Below, in pieces: positions 22,164 to 32,885 of a DNA stretch of 64,000 nt. The notes under the pieces were generated by a model. That model searched no databases. It was not told where the DNA came from and saw only the letters and a program-made list of their open reading frames with translations. The DNA is from Vulcanimicrobiota bacterium (GTDB lineage Bacteria > Vulcanimicrobiota > Vulcanimicrobiia > Vulcanimicrobiales > Vulcanimicrobiaceae). Position 1 is the stretch's first letter, and each line of letters begins with the position of its first letter. The stretch spans positions 64,001 through 128,000 of the forward strand of contig CAVZQC010000002.1 in assembly GCA_963777315.1 (NCBI GenBank), read 5' to 3'. The position numbers and the translations under genes are program-made.

Positions 22164-22770
22164 TTAGTACATCCGTGCGGTCGTTATGGAAACCAGCGAG
22201 GCGGGACGATTGGCGTCGTTCCGTATGCGATGCGGGTAGGCAGCCGAGAATACGCAGCACTCGTGCTCGCCCATGGGATAATCGACGCCGTCGACGACCG
22301 TCACGACGTCACCCTGCGTGACGTAGATGACGTCGATCCCTTCGTGCGTGAGCGCGTTCTTGAACTTCGCGCGAGGAGCGAGATCGACGATGACCAAATC
22401 CAAATCGATTCCCGGCAGATGGAGCGCTTCGTACCGCACTCCTTTGCCTCGATTGATCGTGGCTCGATGTTCCTTGCGCACGAAGTTGGGGCGCGACAGA
22501 CTGCGTGGTAAACCCCAAGAACGAGCCTAAATCGTACTCAAAAAATCGAGCCAAGCGCGCTAGGCGCCCGAGCGAGATGTCGGACTCTCCGCGCTCCACG
22601 GCGCGGATGAACGACTCGGAAAGATCGCTGGACTCGGCAAGTTCGCGGACCGTCACGTTGCGCTGCGCTCGAAGACGCTGCAGGATTTTTCCGACGTCGG
22701 GCACCGATTCGTCCGCTCGCTCGCCGTTGGCCCCCTTTTTGCGCGTGTCATTTTTTGGTGGTCGGCTCAT
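22164..22770 (-). CDS. XRE-family HTH plus cupin transcriptional regulator; +1 frameshift at 22498-22502
   Basis: HTH: LRAQRNVTVRELAESSDLSESFIRAVERG. Cupin: HEGIDVIYVTQG...PHRIRN. Deleting one base (AGACT to AGCT) joins them (202 codons). Confidence 0.85.
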
Positions 22771-22949
22771 ACGGGTTCATTCGCGCCGCAGGCACCTGGC
22801 GGCCTTTGCCTCCCGTCGCCGCCATTCGACAGAATATCGGCTGCAGCCATAAAATTCTGCTGCGCGCCGACAGGAAGGGTCGCGACCGGAGGGAAGCACT
22901 CTCGGATCGAGCGTGCACGGAGCAGATCTCTGTGGAGGAGTTGTTTTAG

Positions 22950-25900
22950 ATGAAGATTGGCGTGCGAACATCCTATGTGTCTGCAGCGCTGCTGCCGGCG
23001 GTTGCGCTGCTCGTCTGCGCTGCCGTCAGTATGCCGCTGTTCGCGAACGCGGCGTCCGCGAACACCAGCACCGTCAGCGGCACCGTGCAGAGCGGCGACG
23101 GCGCACCCGTCGCTAACGCGGCAATAACTTTGGAGGGCGTGACTCGCCTGACCGGCTCGTCCGATGCCAAAGGGGCGTTCACGTTCGCGAACGTGCCCAC
23201 CGGCCTCTATACGATGTTCGTCAGCAAAGCAGGCTACGTGACGTATGAAGACGACAACGTCGTTGCGTTCACCGGTGAAACTACGACCGTAAACGTGACG
23301 CTTGCAGCATCGTCTTTTTCATCGCTGCGTACCATCGCACACGTGTCGACGAATCAGCCCGGCGTCGCGCCGATCAATAAATCCACTGCATCGGTAAGTA
23401 CGATTTCGGGCGCAGTCTTTGCCAATCAAGGACAACAGCAGGTCACTAAAGTCCTCAACGAAACGCCCGGTATCATTACCTCGCCGTATAACGCCGGCGG
23501 CCCAAGCGGCAATCCGAGCAACGGGGCTTCTCCTGCCTCGCCGCAGACTCCACAGATTCGCGGCGCGTTGCCCTACGAAACCGAATCGCTTATCGACGGC
23601 CATCCCGTCTCGGTCGGCTCCATTGGTACCTATTCGCCGAATCTTCTCAACCCATGGTTGCTGCAAGACGTCGAACTCGTCAAAGGCCCGGGCTCGATGC
23701 CGGAGGAGATCAACTACGCGATCAACGGGACGATAAATTACCGTACGTTGGTTCCGACCGCGCAGAGTAAGCATTCCGCAATGTTGGGTTACGATAACTG
23801 GGGCGGTGTCTCTACGGGTTTCAAGGCGACGGGTTTTACGTCGAACCACAAATTCGGCTACGCCGTCGGCTACGTGACCAACGGCGCGCCCGGACCGCTG
23901 CATAACTTCTCCTTTAACGCTACGCAGCTTCCACTGACCAGCGGCCCGCCGGGCGGCCCATACTACGTGAACGGGCAGCAACTTGCGATGATTGGTTCTC
24001 CGGTCGGCTTAGGCGTCGGATCGCCGAAGTTTGCGCCGTACGACGGCATGGGGCTGAGCTTTGCCGACCCCCTGGTCGGATGTTGCTTTACGAGCGACAC
24101 CGGCTATCACTCGACGTCCGAACTAGCGAAGCTTCTCTATAATTTCTCCAACAGCACCTCGCTCACGCTCTCCTATCTCGGCGGCCAGAACATGTACGGG
24201 AACGGAGATCCGGGGTTCTATTCCGACGCGCTGGTCGCAAACACCGGCTTGCCCGCCGCATACTTTGCACCGTGCGGTAACGGTTCCGCGAGCGCCCCTC
24301 TGAACTGCAATCCGCTTGCAAGCGGAGCGTCGTCCTATAACTGCACCGGCACCGGCCATAGCCCACTGTGCAATTCGGCTGTGCCCTTCGATCTCACTTC
24401 CGTCAACGGCGCGGGCCACACGTGGACGCAGCAGAATCTCTTCCAAGGCGAGTTCCGCACGACGCTTGGAAGAACCGGAACGGTGCTCGCGCGGTACTAC
24501 ACCGGCTCACTCAACGACTACGGCCTGTTGGGAACGGCAAGCTCCCAACTGGCGTACTCGTTGAATACCTGGGGTACGATCCCGCTCTGCCCGGCCGGCA
24601 CAACGTTCAATCCGAGCCCGCCGAGCGCCACGAACCCCAGCGGACTTCAATGCCTGACTCCATCGAAAGGCGTCGTCGCACCGGTGAACACTACGTTCAC
24701 CGGTCAGAAAGTGAACTTTTTGACGGCCAATCAGCCGAACACCGCCACGACGAACGATACGATGAGCGGTGAGACGGTCGAACTGCAGGAGTTCCTGGGC
24801 CAGAATACGTTGACGCTCGCCTACGACCGCTCCGAGCAGGGATCGTCCTTGACGGAGAGTGAGCCGTCCGTCGGCATCGTCATCAATAGTCCGTTTAAAG
24901 GATCGAAGCAAACCTTCCAGACGTTCTCGCTGCGCGGCAACGTCAGGCTCAACCCGAAGCTGCAGTTGAATCTTGGCGACTACGCGATCAACTATCTCAG
25001 CCACTATACTCTCGACAAAGGCGCGACCTGGAAAGACTCCACCCATACGTACAACGAGCCGCGATTAGCGCTCACTTGGCTTCCGAACAATGACACGGCG
25101 CTCCGCTTCTCGACGGGCGGATCGGTCGCGCCGCCGTACATCAGTTTGGTTTCGTCCGGCGGTGGCCAGTTTAGCCAGATTATCGGCGGCGTACCGGCGG
25201 CCGGCTATTCACTGAACGCGAATAACGGCGACATCAGTGCGGAGACCGCATGGGGCTACGATCTTGGCATCGACCGCCGTGTCGAGCGCTCCACGTCCGT
25301 TTCGCTCGATCTCTACCTCACGAACCTAAAGAACATGTTTTTAACTCAGACTTCGAGCGTTTCGTTGGCGCAAGCCGCGACGTATGGCGCCGGCTGTCTG
25401 AACCTGCCGTGCGAGATATCGGAAACGGCAAATCTCGGTCACGCCCGTTATGAGGGTATCGAGCTCGCCGTGGATCACACGCCGCTGTTCGGTCTGGGGT
25501 GGAGGCTGCAGGGCTCGTTCCAGCGCGCCTACACGTACGATCTTCCGCCGTACTTCTATTGCGCCGGTTCGATCGATCCAAAAACCGGCGCAACGATCCC
25601 CCCGGGACCGGGCTGCCTCTATAATACGAACCTTGCCGTGATTCCCAACGTGAACTTCGGCGGCCAGCCTACCGGACTCGCCGGAGCTCCGAACGGTATC
25701 GGCAGTGCGCGCGTGCCCTATGCGTTAGGTTACGGCGAGACTCAACTGGGCGGGACACAACGGCCAATACTACAACCTCGGAATAACGTACTTCGGCAAC
25801 AACAACAGCTACAACGTGCCGCCGTTCGCCGTGGTCTCGGGCAATGTTCGGTTCAACGTCAACAACCGCGGAACGAGGCTGCAAATCTCCGGCGATAATC

Positions 25901-26082
25901 TCACCAACGCATATCCGAGTTCGTACGTCGGCTTTTTCAACGGCAGTCCGCTGCCGCTCGTCAACGGCGCGACACAGACCAATCCGCTGACCGGAGCGTA
26001 CCAACCGGCGTATGCCGCCGTTACGCCTGAGGGCAATTACGGTCCGGCGACCATCCGTATCATCCTCACGCAGGACTTCTAA
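22950..26082 (+). CDS. TonB-dependent receptor-like outer-membrane protein with an N-terminal carboxypeptidase-regulatory-like domain; +1 frameshift at 25738-25742
   Basis: Signal peptide; plug motifs QIRG, LIDGHP, VELVKGPG; ETAWGYDLG; C-terminal Phe (LTQDF) after one-base correction (1044 codons). Confidence 0.85.
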
Positions 26083-26088
26083 CCGTTG

Positions 26089-28219
26089 ATGAAACGTTTT
26101 GCAACGGCACTGCTGGCGGCTCTTACGCTGTCGGCAGCGTCCGTTTGCGCCGCATCCGCCTCGGGCGAATTCAGCCTTGAATCGGTGCTCGGATATCCCT
26201 ATCCGCCTACGCTCATTGCGGGAAGCGATAAACGCACGATCGCATACGTGCTCGACGAACGCGGCGTGCGCAACGTGTTCGTTGCGTCTGCGCCGGATTA
26301 CACGCCGCGGATGGTGACGAACTATACGTCCGATGACGGCCAGGAAATTAGCAACCTGCACGTCTCGGCCGACGGAAAATACGCGGTGTACGTGCGCGGC
26401 GGCGATCACGATGCGAATTGGCCACCGCCGTTTGCGCCGGATCCCGCGAGAAGTCCCGTGCAGCCGCAAATGGAAGTGTGGTCGGTAGCGATCGCTAGTG
26501 GTAAGCCGGTATCGCTCGGGAGCGGCGATGCGCCCGCAATTTCGCCCGACAGCCGCCGCGTCGCGTTCATCGCGTCCGATCAATCGGTGTCGTGGGCGCC
26601 GATCGACGGCTCGGCGAAAGCGGATCGCCTCTTTTTCGACGAGGGGCAGGATTCCGATCTGCAATGGTCGCCCGACGGCAAAGCGCTCGCATTCGTTTCC
26701 ACGCGCACCGATCACAGACTTCATCGGCGTGTATCGCAATCAGACCACGGCACTCCAATACCTGGCGCCCACGACCTCTCAGGACATCGAACCGCGATGG
26801 TCGCCCGATGGGACGCGGATAGCGTTCTTACGCGTTCCGGGCGACGGCGGCCCACCCATCGACGAGCTGGAATGGCACGTAACGCCGTGGGCCATTTGGA
26901 TTGCCGACGTCGGCACCGGAGACGGCCGGCGCGTGTGGCAAAGCCCGGACACATTGCGAGCGTCGTTTCCCGACACGTTCGATGTAAGTTTGCGTTGGAA
27001 CGCGGGCAATCACCTCACGTTCGTGTCGGCGCAGGATGGCTGGCCGCACTTGTACGCTATTTCCGCTAGCGGCGGTGCCCCGCACCTACTCACACCGGGC
27101 GCGTACATGGTCGAGGACACCGCGGTTTCGCCGGACGGTACGTTTCTGATTTATTCGGCGAACACCGGAAAGACAGCGGGCGACTTCGAGCGCCGCCATC
27201 TCTTTCGCGTCGACGCGCAGACCGGCCGAATCACCGCGATTACGAGCGGGACGTCCAGTCAGTGGGGTCCGGTGGTAACCGATAACGGGCGCGCCGTCGC
27301 TTTCGTGCAGGCAGGGTCTAAAGAACCGCCGCTGGTAACAGCCGGTCCGCTCACCGGCGGACGATGGACGGCGTTGGATCGCAATCGGGTGCCGGCAGAC
27401 TTTCCAACGGCGCAGCTGATCGTGCCGAAAAGCGTAACCTTTCGTGCGTCGGACGGCCGCGTGGTTCACGGCCAACTTTTCCAGAAAGCCGGCGCAGCCG
27501 CTAAAATGCCGGCGGTCATATTCGTGCACGGCGGTCCTCCGCGGCAGATGTTGACGACGTGGCATTACATGGATTACTACACCAACGGCTACGCGGTCAA
27601 TCAGTATTTGGCCAATCACGGCTTCGCCGTGCTCTCGGTCAACTATCGTCTGAGCATCGGCTATGGGTACGACTATTCGCATCCGGCGCGCTGGGGACCG
27701 AACGGCGCGTCCGAGTACAAAGACGTTTTGGCAGGCAACGCGTTCTTGCAGCGCGATCCTGCAGTCGACGGGCGCCGCATCGGCATCTGGGGCGGCTCGT
27801 ATGGCGGATATCTCACCGCGTTAGCACTGGCGCGCAACTCGGATCGTTTCTGCACGGGCGTCGACTGGCACGGAGTGCACGATTGGTCGACGAGCGAGGC
27901 CATCCCCAATCCGCCGGCTCGTTACCAAATGCCGGATATAAAGAAGGAACGCCGCATCGCGTGGGAATCCTCGCCCGATTCCGCCATCGCAAAGTGGAAA
28001 TCGCCGGTGCTGCTGGTCCAAGGCGACGACGATCACAACGTGCGCTTTCATCAAACGGTCGATCTTGCGCGGCGGCTCGACCTCGCGCACGTGCCGTATA
28101 GCGAACTCGTCATTCCCAATGAGATCCACGGATTTTTACGGTATGCGACGTTTTTGAAGGTCGACCAAGCTACGGTCGACTATTTGCGGAATCATTTAAA
28201 TGAGGGATCGTGCAAATGA
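26089..28219 (+). CDS. Secreted S9 prolyl oligopeptidase/dipeptidyl peptidase with PD40 repeats; +1 frameshift at 26716-26720
   Basis: WSPDG repeats, VHGGP, GGSYGG, QGDDDHNV, EIHG; one-base correction gives 710 codons. Confidence 0.9.
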
Positions 28220-30168
28220 AACACGTCTTGGCAGCAACGATGCTCTTGATGGTGCTGACGATCGTGCCGGCGGCGGCCGACACGCCGGAGAAAACCGCCT
28301 TCGGCGCAACGTTCACGCTGCCAACGCAATGGACGATGCAATCGCGCGGCGCGGTCATCGTGTTGACTGCTCCGGAAGGCGACACGCATATTGCGCTCGT
28401 CGACGTCGGAAACGCGGCCGACGCGGCTCAAGCGGTTGCGCAGGCGTGGCATCTGTACGATCCGTCGATGCATCGGGCGCTGCAAATATCCACACCCGGC
28501 GCCCCGCGTTCGGGTTGGGACGAAATTCAAAACTTCGCATACCTCACTTCGCCGAGCGAACACCTGACGGTCGAAGCAACCGCATTGCGAGCGGGGAACG
28601 CGTGGACCGTAGCGATAGTCCAAGGTGCGGATGCGACGCTCGACAAGCGCTCCGCAGCAGTCGGTTTGATCGACGAAAGCCTTACGGCTTCGGGGTATCA
28701 GCGCGAGACGTTCGCGGGACGTATCGCGAATCGCCTCACGCCGCAGCGTGTTGCACAGCTGCTCGCGTTCGTTCGAACCGGAATGAAGCAGCTCGACGTG
28801 CCCGGCGTCGGCATCGCGCTGATCGATCACGGCAAAGTCGTGTACGAAGGCGGCTTGGGCGTGCGCGAGATTGGCAACCCGCAACCTGTAGACAAGAACA
28901 CACTCTTCATGATCGCCTCGAACACCAAAGGATTGACGACGCTCATGATGTCGCGCGTGGTGGATCAGGGCAAGCTGCGCTGGAACGAGTTGGTCACGCA
29001 GGCATATCCATCGTTCCGCTTAGGGAGTCCGGCAACGACCGCAAAAGTGCGTATCGAGGATCTCATTTGCGCCTGCACGGGCGTTCCGCGTAAGGACTTC
29101 GACTGGATCCTCGGCACGACGCAGCAAACGGGCCCCGAAGAAACGTTCGTACAGCTCGCAAATACGGAGCCCACGAGCTCATACGGCAAGATTTTTCAGT
29201 ACAGCAACACGATGGCGTCCGCTGCCGGTTACATCGCCGGACACCTTGAGTATCCCACCTTGCCGATCGGCGCCGCGTACGACAAAGCGATGCAAACGCT
29301 GATCTTCGATCCGCTCGGCATGTCACGCACGACGTTCGACATGCAAAAGGCGCTCAGCGAAAATCACGCGAGCCCGCATGGCCGGAATATCGACGGCGTC
29401 ACGAAGGTCGTCACCACGCCGATCAACGACATCGCGATACCATATCGTCCCGCGGGCGAAGCGTGGTCGTCGCCGCACGATATGATCCGGTATGCGGAAA
29501 ATGAAATCACGCAGGGCGTGCTGCCGAACGGCAAACGCTTCATGTCGGCGAAGAACCTCCTGCAGCGCCGCGTGCACACCGTACCGGTCGGTGAGGATGA
29601 ATGGTACGGCATGGGCTTGATGGACGACCGGCGGTACGGCGTCAGCGTCATCCATCACGGCGGCGATCTCATCGGCTTTCACAGCGACTGGTTTGCCATA
29701 CCGTCGGCGCGCGTCGGCGCCGTCATCTTGACGAACTCCGATAGCGGCGTGAACCTCCGCGGTCCGTTCGAGCGGCGGCTGCTCGAAGTACTCTACGGCG
29801 GAAAGCCGGAAGCGGCGGCGCAGGTCGCTGCGGCGGCTGCAACGATTAAAGCCGAGACGGCGAAGACGCGCCAGCTTTGGACTTTCCCGGCCGCGGCAAG
29901 CGCGGTCGCGGGACTTGCGAGCCACTACGACAGCCGCGATCTTGGACCCATCGATGTTCGCAAGGATGCGGGCGGAACGTGGTTCCAGTTCGGTCTCTGG
30001 GGCAGTCACATGGCTTCACGAACCAACAAAGACGGCACGATCTCGCTCGTAACGATCGATCCCGGCGTCGCTGGGTTTTTCAACTTCGTCGTCACGAAGG
30101 AAGACGGCAAACCGGCTCTCATCACTGCAGACGGTCAGCACAAATACGTGTATACCGCTGGTCGTTGA
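28216..30168 (+). CDS. Secreted beta-lactamase-family serine hydrolase with an N-terminal extension
   Basis: ASNTK, YSN, HGG; signal peptide; start overlaps the upstream stop. Confidence 0.88.
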   Translation: MKHVLAATMLLMVLTIVPAAADTPEKTAFGATFTLPTQWTMQSRGAVIVLTAPEGDTHIALVDVGNAADAAQAVAQAWHLYDPSMHRALQISTPGAPRSGWDEIQNFAYLTSPSEHLTVEATALRAGNAWTVAIVQGADATLDKRSAAVGLIDESLTASGYQRETFAGRIANRLTPQRVAQLLAFVRTGMKQLDVPGVGIALIDHGKVVYEGGLGVREIGNPQPVDKNTLFMIASNTKGLTTLMMSRVVDQGKLRWNELVTQAYPSFRLGSPATTAKVRIEDLICACTGVPRKDFDWILGTTQQTGPEETFVQLANTEPTSSYGKIFQYSNTMASAAGYIAGHLEYPTLPIGAAYDKAMQTLIFDPLGMSRTTFDMQKALSENHASPHGRNIDGVTKVVTTPINDIAIPYRPAGEAWSSPHDMIRYAENEITQGVLPNGKRFMSAKNLLQRRVHTVPVGEDEWYGMGLMDDRRYGVSVIHHGGDLIGFHSDWFAIPSARVGAVILTNSDSGVNLRGPFERRLLEVLYGGKPEAAAQVAAAAATIKAETAKTRQLWTFPAAASAVAGLASHYDSRDLGPIDVRKDAGGTWFQFGLWGSHMASRTNKDGTISLVTIDPGVAGFFNFVVTKEDGKPALITADGQHKYVYTAGR

Positions 30169-30186
30169 CGGCATTGGCCGCCGACT

Positions 30187-31014
30187 TCAGCCGACGAACG
30201 TTTTCATGCAGAAAGCGCCGCCCCCGGCCTTTTCAAATTCCGAGAGGTCGACAACGGCAGGCAGCAGCTTTTCCGTTGCAAGGACGGGTACAATTCGCGC
30301 GGGCATATAAGAAGTAATCAAGCGGCCCTGAGCCACGATGCCGTTGCAGACCAAGCGTAAGGCGTCGTCGACATGCACTTCATACAGCCGATCCCAGAAC
30401 TTGCGTAGATCCGCCATCGCTTCGGCTGAAAAAGCGCCGGGATAAATCAACGCCGCTTCGTTGTTGAGCGGCGAGAAACACGTGTCAAGATGGTAAAACC
30501 GTGGATCGACGAGCTCGAGCGGCCGCACTTGGATGCCTTGTGCCGCCATTGCGGTCCTAAAACGATCCACGCCCGTGCGCGAGGAGCGGAATCCATGTCC
30601 GGCCCAGACGAGCGGCTCGCCCGGATGCCACAGCAGATCGCCGTGCCCTTCCAAATATTCGCCGGTGAGGTCAATCTGAATCTCTTTAAACCCGTGCTCG
30701 CGCAGCCAACTGCGGTAGTATGGAACCTCGCGTTCGCGGGACGGATAACGCATACGGCTCATTACGGCAAACCGTTCGCCTGCGCTCGTACGGCCGGCAA
30801 AAGACTGGTTCGCCGAAAACACCATGTCTTCTAAATCCGGCACCGGCTCGATCGTAAAGGTTGCAACGCCGGCGGCTTCGATCGCCTGCCGGAGCGCGTC
30901 CCACTGCAATTGCGCGCGCGCTTGATCGACAATCGATCCTTGCATGAATGGATTCTTCACGTCGCGCACCGTGAAGTACCGCGGCTCGCACATCAGCACT
31001 CCTTTGGAAAACAT
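30187..31014 (-). CDS. Amidinotransferase / dimethylarginine dimethylaminohydrolase family protein
   Basis: DMVF, EGHGD, FYHLDTCF, EFEKAGGGAFC (catalytic Cys). Confidence 0.88.
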   Translation of the reverse strand: MFSKGVLMCEPRYFTVRDVKNPFMQGSIVDQARAQLQWDALRQAIEAAGVATFTIEPVPDLEDMVFSANQSFAGRTSAGERFAVMSRMRYPSREREVPYYRSWLREHGFKEIQIDLTGEYLEGHGDLLWHPGEPLVWAGHGFRSSRTGVDRFRTAMAAQGIQVRPLELVDPRFYHLDTCFSPLNNEAALIYPGAFSAEAMADLRKFWDRLYEVHVDDALRLVCNGIVAQGRLITSYMPARIVPVLATEKLLPAVVDLSEFEKAGGGAFCMKTFVG

Positions 31015-31118
31015 GGGGCTCCCTTGTATTTTAGCACTGTGGACGAAATATTATCGCAACGGCGGGAATCGGCCCTTCTGCGGCGCACTCTCGAATCAGT
31101 AAAGGAGCGCAAGAGAGC

Positions 31119-32867
31119 GTGCGGCACATTCGAGACGAAATAGAAGCGGCAGTCGATCGGTGGAAAGTTCCGGGGATCGCTTATTCCGTCATTCAGAACG
31201 ATCGCGTGATCCTCGAGGGCGGCGCCGGGATTCGTAAAATCGACACGGACGAGCCAGTCGATCAACATACCCTTTTTGCGATCGGCTCGGTGACCAAATC
31301 GTTCACCGCAGCGGCGGTTGCAATGCTCGTCGACGAGGGATTGCTTTCCTGGAGCGACCGCGTCGTGGACCACCTCGAAGACTTCCGCCTTTTCGATCCG
31401 TACGTTACTCGCGAACTTACCGTGCGCGACTTGCTGACCCATCGCAGCGGTCTGGCGCGGGGCGACTTAATGTGGTACAAGAGCGGCTACGATTCCGCCG
31501 AGGTTTTGCAGCGGGTGCGCCATCTCGTACCGAGCTGGAGTTTACGCAGCGCGTTCGGCTACCAGAACATCATGTATCTGGCCGCCGGAGAACTGGTCCG
31601 GCAACTGACCGGAACGCCGTGGGAGCGGTTCGTACGGGAGCGTATCTTCGATCCCTTGGGCATGCAGCACAGCCGCGCCGACGTGTTGGAAGTCGACGAC
31701 ACCTGCGCGCTGGCTGCGCCGCACGCGAAGGTCGACGGATCCATCATTGCAATCGACCACCATTCCGATACCAATGCTCGTCCGGCCGGCTCTATTTACT
31801 CCAGCGTCGCCGACATGAATCAGTGGCTTCGCCTCCAACTCGGCGGCGGAAGCGCCGGCGGCCGGCGCATCCTTTCCACGGGCTCACTACTGGAAATGCA
31901 AACGGCGCAAACCGTCATCGCTCGGACCGTTCCGTGGTGCTACTTGTTTCCAGAGGCGCAATATCTCGGCTACGGCTTGGGCTGGTTCGTTTGGGGCTAC
32001 CGTGGCCGAAAAATCATTTCGCACGGCGGAAATATCGACGGAATGAGCGCGCTTGCATGCGCGGTACCGGAGGAGAACCTCGCCGTCACGATCCTCGCAA
32101 ATCTGGACGGCACGATGCTGCCCGGGGGGATCCTCTATCGGATGCTCGACGAGTCGTTCGGCCAGACCTCGCGCGCGTGGGTGAGCGAATTTCTTCAGAT
32201 CGAGCAAACCCTCAAAGAGCAGGCGGACTACACCGAGCAGGAGCGCGCGCGAAACCGCATCGACGGTACGAAGCCGTCGAGACCGCTAGGCGCGTATGCC
32301 GGAACGTACGAGGACGCGTTTTATGGGACCGCGGACGTGTCGGAAAGCGCCGATGCATTGCGCATTGACTGTATCGGATTTCGAGGCACACTGGAGCACT
32401 GGCATCTCGACACGTTTTCGTTCACGCCCGACGAGCCGATCCTTCGCAAATACAAGCCCTTGGTGCGCTTTACCGTAGACGACTTCGGCGACGTCACGCA
32501 AATGACCATGAGCCCGATCGGCATGCCGGAGCTTGCATTCGCGCGCATTCCGGAGCGCATTTCCGCTGTAGAGCTGCCCGGAAGCGAACTTGCTGCATAC
32601 GAAGGGTCCTTCGTTGCGGACAAGTTGCCCGTCAAAGCCGATGTCGAACTGATCGGCGATACGCTCAAGGCGTGCCTTCCCGGCGCCTTTGCCGGGCGAC
32701 CGGACGCGGCCACCGTCGTTTCAACGCTTCAGCCTCTGGGCGACGGGCGGTTCGCGCTTGCGTCGAGCCGCGCGATCGCGGTTTTCGAACGCGATGGCGA
32801 AGCCGTCACCCGCTTACGCCTCGAGGCGCCGCACGTCTTGCCGGTAGTGTTCTTCAAGAAGCCTTGA
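31119..32867 (+). CDS. Cytoplasmic beta-lactamase-family serine hydrolase with DUF3471-like C-terminal domains
   Basis: GSVTK, LLTHRSG, YQN, HGG; no signal peptide. Confidence 0.88.
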   Translation: MRHIRDEIEAAVDRWKVPGIAYSVIQNDRVILEGGAGIRKIDTDEPVDQHTLFAIGSVTKSFTAAAVAMLVDEGLLSWSDRVVDHLEDFRLFDPYVTRELTVRDLLTHRSGLARGDLMWYKSGYDSAEVLQRVRHLVPSWSLRSAFGYQNIMYLAAGELVRQLTGTPWERFVRERIFDPLGMQHSRADVLEVDDTCALAAPHAKVDGSIIAIDHHSDTNARPAGSIYSSVADMNQWLRLQLGGGSAGGRRILSTGSLLEMQTAQTVIARTVPWCYLFPEAQYLGYGLGWFVWGYRGRKIISHGGNIDGMSALACAVPEENLAVTILANLDGTMLPGGILYRMLDESFGQTSRAWVSEFLQIEQTLKEQADYTEQERARNRIDGTKPSRPLGAYAGTYEDAFYGTADVSESADALRIDCIGFRGTLEHWHLDTFSFTPDEPILRKYKPLVRFTVDDFGDVTQMTMSPIGMPELAFARIPERISAVELPGSELAAYEGSFVADKLPVKADVELIGDTLKACLPGAFAGRPDAATVVSTLQPLGDGRFALASSRAIAVFERDGEAVTRLRLEAPHVLPVVFFKKP

Positions 32868-32885
32868 ACGCCGGCGGCGCTGGAA

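Noticed and set aside
4876..28219. Frameshifted BTAD, cupredoxin, XRE-cupin, TonB and S9 genes as true pseudogenes or programmed frameshifts
   Set aside because: Each has a single extra base at the same AGCT context with no other decay and no slippery run, so a systematic sequencing error is more likely.
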